Shown here: one piece after another, positions 46,650-58,194 of the stretch
Position numbering within the stretch: position 1 is the stretch's first letter
How the letters are laid out: every line of letters starts with the position of its first letter
Source of the DNA: Raillietiella orientalis
Taxonomy: Eukaryota
Length of the DNA stretch: 64,000 bases
Assembly (NCBI GenBank): GCA_036172245.1
Contig: JAYWIR010000030.1
Span: 248,001-312,000, forward strand
Direction: 5' to 3'
Program-made: the position numbers and the translations under genes
Notes under the pieces: generated by a model
Told to the model about the DNA's origin: nothing
Database searches by the model: none
What the model saw: the letters and a program-made list of their open reading frames with translations, nothing else

Positions 46650-47950
46650 TTCGGAGGCGTCTAATGTTGAGTTTCAGCACCAGGTCAATGTTGATTGTCA
46701 GATTTCTTGCGCACATGGAATGTAATTAATGGGGCATTTCGTGGAGTAATTTCTGAATTACCAAGATCCGAGAGTGGATGCGGTCTGCTGGGTATCCTTA
46801 ATGAACAGGGGCGGTGTATGACCGTTCCAAATTATTTAACGGACAGCACAATGAAAGAATGTGTTGGATAGCGCTGTCTTATTCTGCCGTGCTGAATTCT
46901 GTGCTGCGTTGAAGACTCTGCGGTGATTTGAAAGGGTGGGGAAGGACCTTTCGAACTATGTGTCGTTTGATTGCTGGAGGAGGGGAAAGCGAGAGTATCA
47001 GGGAACGCTGCCTGTGGTAGATGATGACGGACGGATGTTCGTAGGTAGCTGGTTGCATGGGAACTGTGATCATGAAGAACGTTGATCAAAGAAAAGTCTC
47101 TTAGGATACAACAGTGCAATTTCTGTGGTGGATTCCTGGATTCCCATGGATAGGGAAGTGTGAAACCTCGACATTGAATTAAGTATGCAGGGAATAGAAA
47201 GTTCACAGGAAGAGTTGATCTGCGAATCCTACATGACCGAGTTTAAATCGGTCTAAGAGGTTGGTTTCTATGTCCGAATGAGAGTGCCCTTTTTTTTCTT
47301 TCTTTTTTCTAGCACGAAAGGAGTGGGAAGTTGAAACAGATCGTAATTATGGAAAGTTTACGATGCTATAGGATTTGTTTGAAGTGATGATGATGCTTTG
47401 AGGGTGGGGCACTGTGACCTTGGTTGAGTGGAAAGAATCAGGAAGAGTGCAGTTACGTGTAGGTCATGATATGGTGGGAATGATACCGTCGGTGCGGATG
47501 GCCATCAAATTGTTGGGCACATTCCCAGTCGGTAATGTACAGGGATAAAGTTGGTTATAAGTTGAGAGCCGTGAACATTTTGAGGGCAATAGTAGGGATG
47601 TGAATCGTGTATCCGGGAGTTGGAGGATGGTTTCTGGAATGGAAACCATGCATGTGTTATTCAAGAGGTAGGATGTATGGGATGTTAATAAGCAGTAGGC
47701 TGAGCAACGGAAAGTATATGTGTGTACGGAAAGTATATAAGCATTGCTGCGGGTGCGTTCTGTGGCCAAGAAAATCTTTATGGTGAGCATCTGTGGCTCT
47801 CTCACGGGGCGTATACGATTAATGTTTTAATGAAGGAGAGTGGTTTTATGTAGGAGTGTCAAGGAGGTCGGGGAGGATGCCAGTGAGACGGCTGCTGGGA
47901 TGAAAAAAACGGTGAGTGGATCGTAATGTGTTTAACAGAAGTTAATCGCT
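46650..47950 (-). mobile_element. Decayed non-LTR retrotransposon RT remnant (L2/Jockey-like)
   Basis: Minus-strand motifs in order: TDGIIP, TLPDSF..KVT, NY(R)SVS, STTEIALL, PFQITA(G)V.Q.S, LFIKDT (cf. LFADDT), LKLN. A second LTGILPD..(Y)RPV(S) copy lies at ~47800-47900. Confidence 0.55.
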
Positions 47951-49589
47951 GGTCTTATGATTTCTCGGAGAGTGAATCTGCGCTAGTTTCGGATTGTAAT
48001 GTGGAGCATGTTATGTTTGCTTTCTTGTGTAGGTTCGGACATATGATGGGTTTGTTCTTTACTAATGATTCATTCGTATGCGTACGTGTGTGGGGTAAGA
48101 TGACATAAAAGGGTTTAAAAGCTCATTTGTTGTATTAGGTCCCACGGTTTCCTTATGAGATGCTGATGTCCGCATGCTGGGGGTTTCGTTGTTCTGTAGG
48201 TCTCTTAATCTCCTATTTACACTCAAGAATGAGTGTATGAGAACAGTATTATTAGTTATTAAAGGGTTATATCACGATCACAATGCGATGCATTGAAGGA
48301 GGAGGAGTAGAAGAAAAGTGGGGGTGAGTTCTCCAGATGGGCAGGCTCCTCCCAAGGAAGAAACAGTCGACTGTGATACTTTTCGGAATCCAGCGGCCCC
48401 GAATTCTCTGTAGCTGCTCGTGGATACGGCAAAGAAGCAACTCTGAAGGGTTCAGGAAGATGAAGACTTCTGGATGCAGGCGGCGGGGAAAGCATGGACC
48501 GGTACTCCACCTTGCAGACCACGGAAGGGGGGGGGGGGGGGGCAGAAAATCCGTCATGCAAGCCCGGCTTTCCACACTTTGTATCGTCTGGACCTGTACT
48601 CCTCTCGATGATCAGTCGATGATCGGTTCAGAGCACCAGCACTCCTTCTCTTTCTTCTTTCCGTCTCTTGATAGAAAAAGGGCGATGGACGAAACGTCAT
48701 TCGGAGACGACTCTCCAAGAGGAAACTCTGCAGCAGCAAAAGAAAAGAACCTTAGAGTTGGCACTCCAAACGTAGAAAATGGCGGGCCTTCTCTCCTCTA
48801 TCTCTCATTTCCTTCTCTACCTCATTCTAGCTTTTGTTTACTGTGCTACTCCCGGATAATGAATTCATTTGGATTCCCCTCTTCCCTCTCCTTCTTCCCT
48901 TTCCATTAAATGTCCTCTTCCTCTCCCTTTAAAGTCACTGCTTCCTGGAGTCTCCTGCCGAACCAACTCCTCCACTGCATGACGAGGGACGCGCGCTTCC
49001 CTTCTGAAAACCATGCGAGGCTTCAAAAGAGATGGCTTCAAACTCATATAAGCGTAGCGATTATTTCGTAGATCTCTAGACTGCTATGTGAATGATCAGA
49101 CACTGTAGTTGTCTATTTCAAAGCTCTCGAGAGCCACAGTGGCTTGAATTCCTATCATGGGATTCCTCCTCCATCTCTCTCTTACCTAGGAAAGCTTTCA
49201 GATGAGAAGTGACCCTATCACATGAGGGAAAGCTCATAGTTACCCCTTCAGTGAGAAGCTTCAGTCACTCCAAGTTGAATATTGAATTTAGCCCCATTAG
49301 CTGAACCCACGAACTTGTGTACGGAAACATCACTGCTGATCAGAAGTTTACCAGATAGCTTGCAAATACTTCAAAACAAGTGACTTGAACTCGAAGAGAC
49401 AAACCACGCCACATCGCGGGTGGAGGATATGCGGCATTTGAGCAGCTTAAAAAGAAGTAGAAAATGAGCATTCATAACCAAATCAAAAAAGCAGTTATAA
49501 CCTCATATCAAAGGTGTTTGGATCATGATCTCTACTCACTCGAAATGATCCTGAAGATTTGTTCTTTCGCTTTCAGATATCTTTCAGAA

Positions 49590-49775
49590 AACAAAAACAT
49601 TGATGAAGTACTCATGTGCGAACACAGCAATTTATATTCCTTTTCCTAGTGGAAATCGAGGCTGTGATGTGTATTCCTCTACAATACGCTTTTAGCTGAT
49701 AAGGTTCTTTTAACAAGAGTCCATTTTTGAGAAAACTGCACCAGGATTCAAAGCACTTGGGAAAAAGGCAGAAAA
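49590..49775 (+). mobile_element. pogo/Tigger-type DDE transposase fragment
   Basis: CD..LYNTLLADKVL followed after a frameshift by EKTAPGFKA (49729-49755), resembling Tigger/Jerky NxDETGL..LPxKTL..EK.APGFK. Confidence 0.5.
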
Positions 49776-49821
49776 GCATGAATTTAAAAGCAAGTGATCA
49801 TACAGCCAGTCGCAGAAATAA

Positions 49822-49823
<2 letters not shown>

Positions 49824-49893
<70 letters not shown>
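49824..49893 (+). repeat. 70-nt poly(A) tract
   Basis: Uninterrupted A70, by far the longest homopolymer in the window. Confidence 0.97.
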
Positions 49894-49894
<1 letters not shown>

Positions 49895-52800
49895 AGCAGT
49901 GAATATTTCCTTCGCCCTAACCTTCCAGTCTTTTTAGTTTCCAGAAGTGAACATTGAGTTGAGAGTAATTCTATTTTGTTGGAGAAACAAGCATTGGACA
50001 TCGCATCTTGGCCAATTCTACAACGGACATCCGCTCCACGGAATTACAGTCATGCCAGCTCAACTCGTCTCGCCTGGCGTGTACCTGCTTCTCAACTTGG
50101 CTGTCACTAGACACATTTGCAAGCATACACACATGTGAGAGAAGCATGCATACGTATACACGTATATGCATTTATGTGTTCATAGGTGGTATATGTACAG
50201 AAACTTGATGGAACAAATAAACTATGCTGCAGCCTTTTTGTCGTTTTTTCGTACGACATTTTGTTCGCCTTTTAATTTTTTTGAATATATTGCATGTGTT
50301 CATAAGCCGACAAACACAATGCAAAGCAGATTTTTTAATGATATCTTTATGAAAGTCTTTTCTGTTTGACTCTTTCGGATTGAAAGTTATGCATTCTTGA
50401 TCAAGAGCATAAAGTTATGCTCTTGATCTTTACCGTTCTCTTTACTATTTCCGTTGGTTTCTTGAGAACAAAGAATTCAGGAATAAAAATTTGAAAAAAA
50501 AACAGTGATAGACCTATAAAACTTGTATATTCTAACAAAGATTTATTGGCGAAAGATGAAGCTCATGAATACAAAGTTCATTAGAAATTCTTTATAAAAC
50601 ATTCTATTTTCATTAAATATTTCGTTAATAAACTTGCGAAAAAATGATTTCTTTTGCGACTCTCACTGTTCTTACTGTTGCAGATGTGTGTTTTGCATTA
50701 TTTATGAAACGTGATTGAGTATTGCCTTGATTTCAAACTGTGAAAGAAATAGGTTAAGAGTCGCTGGTCTGTGAATATCATCAGTATGGCTTTGCATATC
50801 GCTTGATTTTTTATGAATTGATCACTTCGTGGTTACGCTTCCATTTTCCATGGTTTACATTTCTGCGCACTCGAGTAAAGATGTATTTTCACGTTCGAAA
50901 ACTTATGACTCAACTTCAGAAAATTCTGCAAATGCTGAAAGGAATTCTGTATCGAGGAATCTCTTCAAAAAAGGCTTCTCGTGAAAAGAAGACTCCAAGA
51001 TATGCTGTTCTTCCTCCATAAATTATTAAGGAAAAAATAGAGCTACTTGAAAACCAGTTTGAAAGTGAAACGATTTATCTTGATGGAAGAATTTGTTTTT
51101 GGCTATCGATTATAACAGCTATGCAGATTTTGGAGAGAAAGTTGTCTTTAAATAAGAAACATTTCAGTTTCTTAATCATCGCTTACCTGCTTATCTGGAA
51201 ATAAGATCGTCCTTTTCAGACCATTACCGGCCTCTGATCTTTATGTTTCATTTGAGAAACCGTCCCTTTTGCTTATTCATGAAAAGTTTCCGTTGAGTAT
51301 TTTCTGTGAAATGCGATATCCAGAGACTGTTCATATTATTACTCCTGTTGTCTTTTCTTTTTTATCAGTTATGATCTGCCTTTTGGAGTATGTTTGATGG
51401 AATAAGAAGCTTCATTAATTTTCCAGGAAGTACTCTACTTTCGAAAATTCGATTTTCCCAAATTTCGAGCGAAACTTTTCAAGGCATATTTGCACGCTCG
51501 TGAACTGAGAGCATTTCGTGAAGAATTCTTTGTTCGGAAATCGTATTGCGAAAACTGTACGTAATCGCATGGTAGCCATGGCGGAAAGGATGCCAAAGGC
51601 GAGTTTGGTTCTCTTGGAAAGATTCACGTTTTTCCATTCTCACCCAAAAACGAGCTCGATTTTTGATTGCATTTTGCGCGGATTCATTGAAAATTTCCAA
51701 GCTAAATTAGTTGATGCACAAGGCAAACTGATTAGCATGTATAAATTAGTTCCATTTTGAAAGCAAGTCGGATTGAGCAGTATTTGTTGAGGCAGTCCAA
51801 TTTTCAGAGTGCAAGCGAAACTTGAGGAAGTTATGAAGTTGAACGTGATGAGGGTTGCCCAAAAAGTTTGAGCGATCTCCCTCAAAAAAAAAAAAAAAAA
51901 AAAAAAAAGGAAAACAAAAAGTAATGAATTACGCTTGCAACGGGAGGGAGGGGGGGGGGGGTTGCAAGCAAGTCCCCCTCCTCCTCCTCCTCCTCCTCGT
52001 TATGAATTTCCACCACCATCCTCACCCTCGAAACCAGGCAGTGGTGATTTTCCCATCAGACGCAAGCTCTCGCATCAGGAAGTAAACGGCCGCGCAGCTT
52101 CCGATGGGGACGCAAAGAAGCTGATGCTCGCGACTGGCGGTGGTCGTGTAAACGTGGATCGGCGGAGATGGGAGGCATCGGCTGGAACTGCAGGCAAAAG
52201 GAAGCCGAGGTGGGAGGGGGACCGGGCAAAATGCCGTGGTAGGCCACGCGCCTCCCGCTCGGGCAAGGTGGTCCGGGGAGGCGCGGAGTGACGCGCCCGC
52301 CGGGAATCTTCTGGCGCGCGCCGCAGGTACATGTGGATGGCAGTTCCGTCCATGGTAACTCCCGTGTGGGCATCGTGTGGCACGTTGGCCGTCCGGCCGT
52401 CCGTAACCTTGATGAGATCAAAGTGTGATTATGCATACGAAAGCCATCATGCAATTTAAGCCAGCGTTGAGGGAGCAAACGTCTTGTTTTCAAAACTCAT
52501 TCTTCTTGAAGCATGTACGTTAAATAAGAGATCCTTTTTGTTGAAAACATGCGGTGCGACACCGATGGCAAATTTTAGGTTAGAAGCTGTAGAGCATGTA
52601 CGTGTTTTGTAGTTTGTTTTCTACATGTAAAGTGTAGCAGTTAGTTACCCATTGTGTATGGATTTCGTTGAAATTGTTCATGTTTCTAATTGAATTTAGC
52701 TTCAAAAAAAAAAAAATTTTTTTTTTTTTTTTTGCCAGTCTTCGCGTATGTCTGTGAATTCGTCCATTAAATCCTAGCAAAAGACAATTTCATCGGTCAT

Positions 52801-53349
52801 CAAGTGCTCATTTGCCAATCTATCCGTCAAATTCTAAGCCAGCATTACTCAAATGTACCATAACTTATGTAATGTAGTAAATCAAGAATTCAAATTCAAG
52901 AAGCTAAGACATTCTCATGCTTTCAAAATGTATTGTATCAAGTGCTACTGAAGTATGCAGTTTTTCAGTTATAAAGCTTTTGGTGTTTCCCGATAATAGG
53001 ATGTGCATACTAAGCACGTATGTTTTCTACGATTTAGTGATGCACAAATATGTTACACGCAATGTGCTAACGCGTCACCAAAAAGTGACTTCTTCACTTC
53101 CATATGTTGGTGCATACCCATGTGCATCAATATATTGAATGCCAATGCATAAACCCAACTCGTACCATGTATTTTGTTGTCCATTTATACATTTACTCTG
53201 AGATGGATTTCCTTAACCCAAGTAAATTTGCATTTTAGAATTCTTTAACCATGTAGATGTACTAAATTATTTCATAAAAGTATAACAACACTAATTTTAT
53301 AAGTAGAGTTTAATTTTTTTTCAATTCTGTTTTTAAAGTTGTTAACATA

Positions 53350-56300
53350 ATGTGGAATAGTAGCAATGTTAATGGACATTGGTCACAATGGTCTGCATTT
53401 CAACCTGCCTCATACCAAAACGTTTCTCATGATCAAGGTAAGTGAAATGTGTAATATTATGCTGCATGTGTCTCATTGGTAAGGTATGTATTCACTTAAG
53501 ACAACTGCCTATGTCTTCTATTCATTACCCAGGCATTTCTTAAGGGAATCATAGTTTTGTAGACATAACAAAATTGTGCTAGTGAAAAATCAGTTTAATT
53601 CACTGTGAAATTACTCTATTGTGCCCTTGAAATGGTCAAATTCTGTCAGATTTGCACAATATTATCATTTTATTAAATACTTGTTTTCAAATTCTCAAGT
53701 GGATTCATTGAAATTAAATCTAATATGCATAAGCGTGCTTTTGCATATTAGATTAGTGTGTTTTTTATTGTGTTTCTGTCGTGTTTTCCGATAATTCCCT
53801 AATAATAAAAGCATTTTGGTTGGTGGACAAATACTTTTCCTGTTATTCTTGTGAAAGTCTTTAATGCTGTTGCATTTTACATGAGAGATATATTGTTTAG
53901 TTTTACCAGTAAACATCTTTTTGAGATCTAATTGTAGTAGTGGCTCCTTATGAAATGTTTAGTAGTGTGATAAAGTTCTTTTAATCTATATGCAGTACTT
54001 AACATTTGCATGTTATGTACTATGGTGCACTTCAGAAAGAGATTTTCAGTTTCAATTTCTGTGATCTTTAACTGCTTCAAATCTAGCAGAAAATTTTCAA
54101 GGTAAAACTATTTTTTGGAAACTATGCTGAGACAAAATATGTAAATTAGTTTGTAAGCTAACTTGAAAGGTTCCTGTATTGTTAAGTATTTAACAAAGAT
54201 ATGTTTCCGACTGATGCACATTTCCTGGTGAATACTATTTTCTTTTCTCTTCAAACCAATGTTTTTCTGGAAGCATGTGGTTCCAAATAATGATGATAAT
54301 TTGTGCAATTGTTTGACAGTTGACTGGGCTGCATTGGCACAACAGTGGATCCAAATGAAAGAATTGCATGATGTAATTCCAACTCCTTCCCAGACATCAC
54401 ATTTTGGTACAGGAATTGCCGTTTCTCAACCAATGGGGACAATTTCTGCAGAACTAAGCAACACAGGAGTCTCAGGAAGCATCAGTTCAGGTTAATGAAA
54501 CAAAAACAGTTATGTTTTGTAAGAGATACTATCATAGATTCAGCTAGAAGTAGGAGTAGGGAAAACTTTCAGTGGAATTACTGGCAGCAGTGGCCAGTAA
54601 ATAATTGGAATCCTCCTGTAAATCAACTACCTCCTTTATCAATAATTCCTGATTCCAAACCTGCATCCATACCTGAGAATGTATCAACTCCCCCTGTTTC
54701 AAACAGTGAGGACACATTGAGTGCACCAACAGCACCTCGGAGTTTTGAATATAATCATGGAAATATGGTAAGGATTTTCTTCATTCAGACCCAGTCAGAA
54801 AGTTATATAGCCACTGGTGCAACCTGATTTGACCCCATCTCCTTTTATTCGATTGACGGAACAACCCCCACTGAGATGTCAGAAAGATACAAAAGACTTT
54901 CTGTGTGAGAAATTTGAGGATTCCGAGGAAGTCATAATAGGTTGATAAAAACCTATGAGGCTTGGGAGACGGGTGTCCTGTTAGATGCTACCAAACGGAG
55001 ACATCTTCCAGCCTGGATTAGGGAGGGTTTGGAAAAGATGGAAAAAGAAAAGCAACGTAAAGCTGAGAAAGAAAGATTCATCCAGGACATGGAGAAACAA
55101 AAGAAACTTGAACTTCAAGCTCAGTACCTTTCTAACCGAAATCTGCAGGCTGGCAATGGATCTGATTCTGAATCTCTGGAAGAAGTAAGCTTCTACTACA
55201 TGAGGATCTGGTATATCTCCAAAACAGGATGCAGCTGATTCACCATGTCAGAGTCCCCATCTAGATTCTAGTTTTTCCCTTAGAAAGTCTGCTACTAATG
55301 AAGTAAGCATTGCTGACCTGATAAAATCAATGAATCACGATGATGCATTGCGAGAGGCGGTAGGTTGAAATAAACTGCATTATGAGCTTACAATTCTGCA
55401 GATGGTGGTGGTACGAAGAGTGTTGACTGAGATACTAATGGAAGTCACCACAGAGGAATTGGTAAGGATTGCACATGAAGTGCACAGTGACAAGTATGGA
55501 TCAGGTAAGCAGTGTTGATACAGTAGTGAGTGGGGGAGGGAGGGCAGCTGAGAGGAGCAAGCTTGTCTGAGCTGATGGAAGCTAGAGTAGGCCTCATGAA
55601 AGGGATTGGTTAATGCTATCATGTTCAGCTCGGCAGCTCACACAACTGGAACCATTTTCCTCCTTAAGTGGCAGCCTGGGTGAGTGTGCTACAGGGACAG
55701 TGTGCAGGGGCTAGCCAGCAGTTTGTAACAAGGGCATTCTGTTCAGGTTTGGTCAGTTATGCATCTGCAAGTGAGGGAGAAGAGGAAGAAGAAAAACAAG
55801 ATAAACTAGAAATATCAGAGTTCGATAGACAAAAGGAGCTTCCATCAAAAGCATGGGCTGGAATGCAGGCCACTCAGGTTGCCCAGACCAATGAAACACG
55901 CTTTAATCTGGAGTGCAGAGAGAAACAGGATGAGCAGGTAGTGAAGTGGAAAGCATCTGTGGATGGTAGGCACCTCCCTCGATGTTTATGATAATATTAA
56001 GGAATACTGGCATAGATTTACATTTGTACTTTCAGATCAGATAGGCAGGTCAAAAATGCATGAAGCTCCTGATCTTGAGAACTTGGTGAATGTGTCATCA
56101 GCATGCAAGGTCAAAGATGGCACTGAATCATATAAATGTTCCAATTCAAAAAAATCTAAAAGAACATCGGAAAAAATAAATCGGAACCCCAAATCGTCCT
56201 TGAAACAGAAGGATGTGGTCACAGTGGAGACATCAAGTGGAAAACCTAGCAAACACGAGGTGTGTAGTTCACCTCCAAAGTATGGTGCATCAAAATATAA

Positions 56301-56688
56301 AGAAGAAAAAAAGAATAGTGTTAAAAAGGACAATTCTTCCAAAAAAGAATGCGAGTCTCGGAAGTCGTTCAAAAGAAGACAAGATTCAAATTCGGACCAT
56401 AGTACAGAGCACAACTCAAATTATAATTCTTCACAAAGAGTGTCACGAAGGCCATCTTCACGGGAAAGATACAAAGATTACCGCCATCGTGACTCGAGAA
56501 AACTAAGTGGTTCCACCAAGAATTCAAGGAGAAATCGATCTCATTCTCATAGCAAGTACTTGAACACCAGGCATGAAAAGGAATCACATTCTGAGAGATC
56601 TAGACATCGAAGTTCCTCCTCCTCCTCCTCCTCCTTTTCTTCATCATCATCATCTTCATATCATTCTCGGAAGCGTCATCATCGGTAA
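53350..56688 (+). CDS. PNISR: Arginine/serine-rich splicing factor PNISR (SFRS18), 10 coding exons, ~656 aa
   Basis: Exons 53350-53437, 54320-54490, 54544-54767, 54811-54940, 54985-55184, 55228-55359, 55402-55504, 55629-55679, 55747-55965, 56036-56688 (1971 nt). Motifs: MW..QW..QVDWAALAQQWI, DATKRRHLPAWIREGLEKME, LTEILMEVT.EE, K/R/S-rich C-terminus. AATAAA at ~56777. Confidence 0.93.
53439..53573 (+). ncRNA. Candidate box H/ACA-like double hairpin at the start of PNISR intron 1
   Basis: Stem TAAGTGAA (53439-46)/TTCACTTA (53491-98), H box AGACAA (53499-504), stem TATGTCT (53510-16)/AGACATA (53561-67), ACA (53568-70); 135 nt in total. Confidence 0.4.
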
Positions 56689-58194
56689 CATGACACTATT
56701 ATACTTTTATCTAGTTCATTGGTGTATGCATTATGTAATAGTTACATTTCAGATTTACATCGTCTAGCAGAACCATAATAAAGTTTTTTTGATTTTTAAT
56801 GTATTTCACAGTTCTGTGTGTTAGTTTTATTGCTGATTATAGTGTATTGGTGTTTCACATGATCGGAAATATGACTGGAAACTATTACTTTTAGAAAATG
56901 ACCGTTTCAAAAGTTGGTTCATTAAGTACAGATCCATAGGTATCAAAGTTTGACACTGATACTAAGTTTCTAATCACAATCTTTCCCAACTGCATTACTG
57001 TTAGCCTTCTTGCTAAGTAGTGGCCACTACTAAGCAACACATTTGGGGTGCGAAACACAGCCATGTTCAGAAGCACACTTAAGGCTGCCTGACATGGGGA
57101 ACAAAGAATACAAAATTTGTTTGCAAGATAGTTGCTTTTATTTGTTTATAAAATGCAACTTTTCATTTTGTCAAATACAGAAAGCAAGACCTGATCGGTG
57201 AAACGTATTTTCATGTGTAGCATTAGTCACTTCATTAATTCATCTCAGTGACATGCTTAGAAATAAAAAAAAAAACTTACGTATAAAAAGCCTTGCTGTT
57301 CAAAATGTTTCTTCTGTAAGTCAACCAAGAAGCACAAGCATATTGCCAAATTTCAACCTTTCAACCAAGTAATGATTTCTACACCAGCAATTTTACATTA
57401 CAAAACAAACTGTGTACCACTTATATCATAAATCACCTGTGATGTGCAATACGTACACGAAAAGTTTACCGATGCTTAAAAATGATTCTTATATATTAGA
57501 CAGTACCAATGAAACGAAGTTCTCAGAATATATAAGAAACGAGAATCCAAAAGCTTCCACTAGTTTTTTCCATCATCTACTATTAAAGGAAGTAAAGTGA
57601 AAAACGGAGAGAAGGGAGAAAAATCTTTAATTTGTCATTATATCTCAATTCTTTGCAAATTAGCATTCTTTTAATTAAAGACTTAACTGAATGAAATGCG
57701 CGGCAATGATTTCTTCTTTTTGTTAAGCAGCATTCCAACACAAGTTTTCAATTTCAAGATCTTACAGCAAAAAAGATATAGTTTCATCCTTCTACATGAG
57801 TGCAAAAAATTCAGTTTAATGTTGTGTAAATAAGCATGGGATTGTAGCACAAAAATAGAATCACCCAGGCAAACATTCTTATGTCATAATTGATACACAT
57901 CATCCAATTAAAAAGCATTCAGTATCACAAGTTTTGTTCTTGCCTGTTTTTCTATCTATCTAGTTTTCATATCATTTTCTTTTTATACAAACAAATCCAT
58001 TTCAAAGCTTGCATAAAATATGCTGAACTGATAAGAACGTAAATAGGGAAGTTACTTTCATTGTCTTCCAGAAATACGAAAATTTCTGGAAGTCATAAGA
58101 CTACCTTGACAATTTAAGTTTCAAGGTAGTTAGATAGATATATCACATCATTGAAATTCTGTTGACGCTTTGTTTCATCATGCTACTAATTATA

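Noticed and set aside
51400..51880. Possible non-autonomous DNA transposon
   Set aside because: Only a general resemblance; no terminal inverted repeats or TSD found.
52575..52583. TTAGGTTAG (minus CTAACCTAA) as a telomerase RNA template upstream of the structured island
   Set aside because: No convincing triple-helix pseudoknot or P6.1, and the island's G-U pairs favour the opposite strand. It is more simply an AG|GTTAG 5' UTR splice donor of PNISR.
58099..58185. ATGATGA plus a 10-bp hairpin in the MTCH 3' UTR (snoRNA or SECIS)
   Set aside because: No proper D box, no SECIS geometry, and no in-frame TGA in MTCH.
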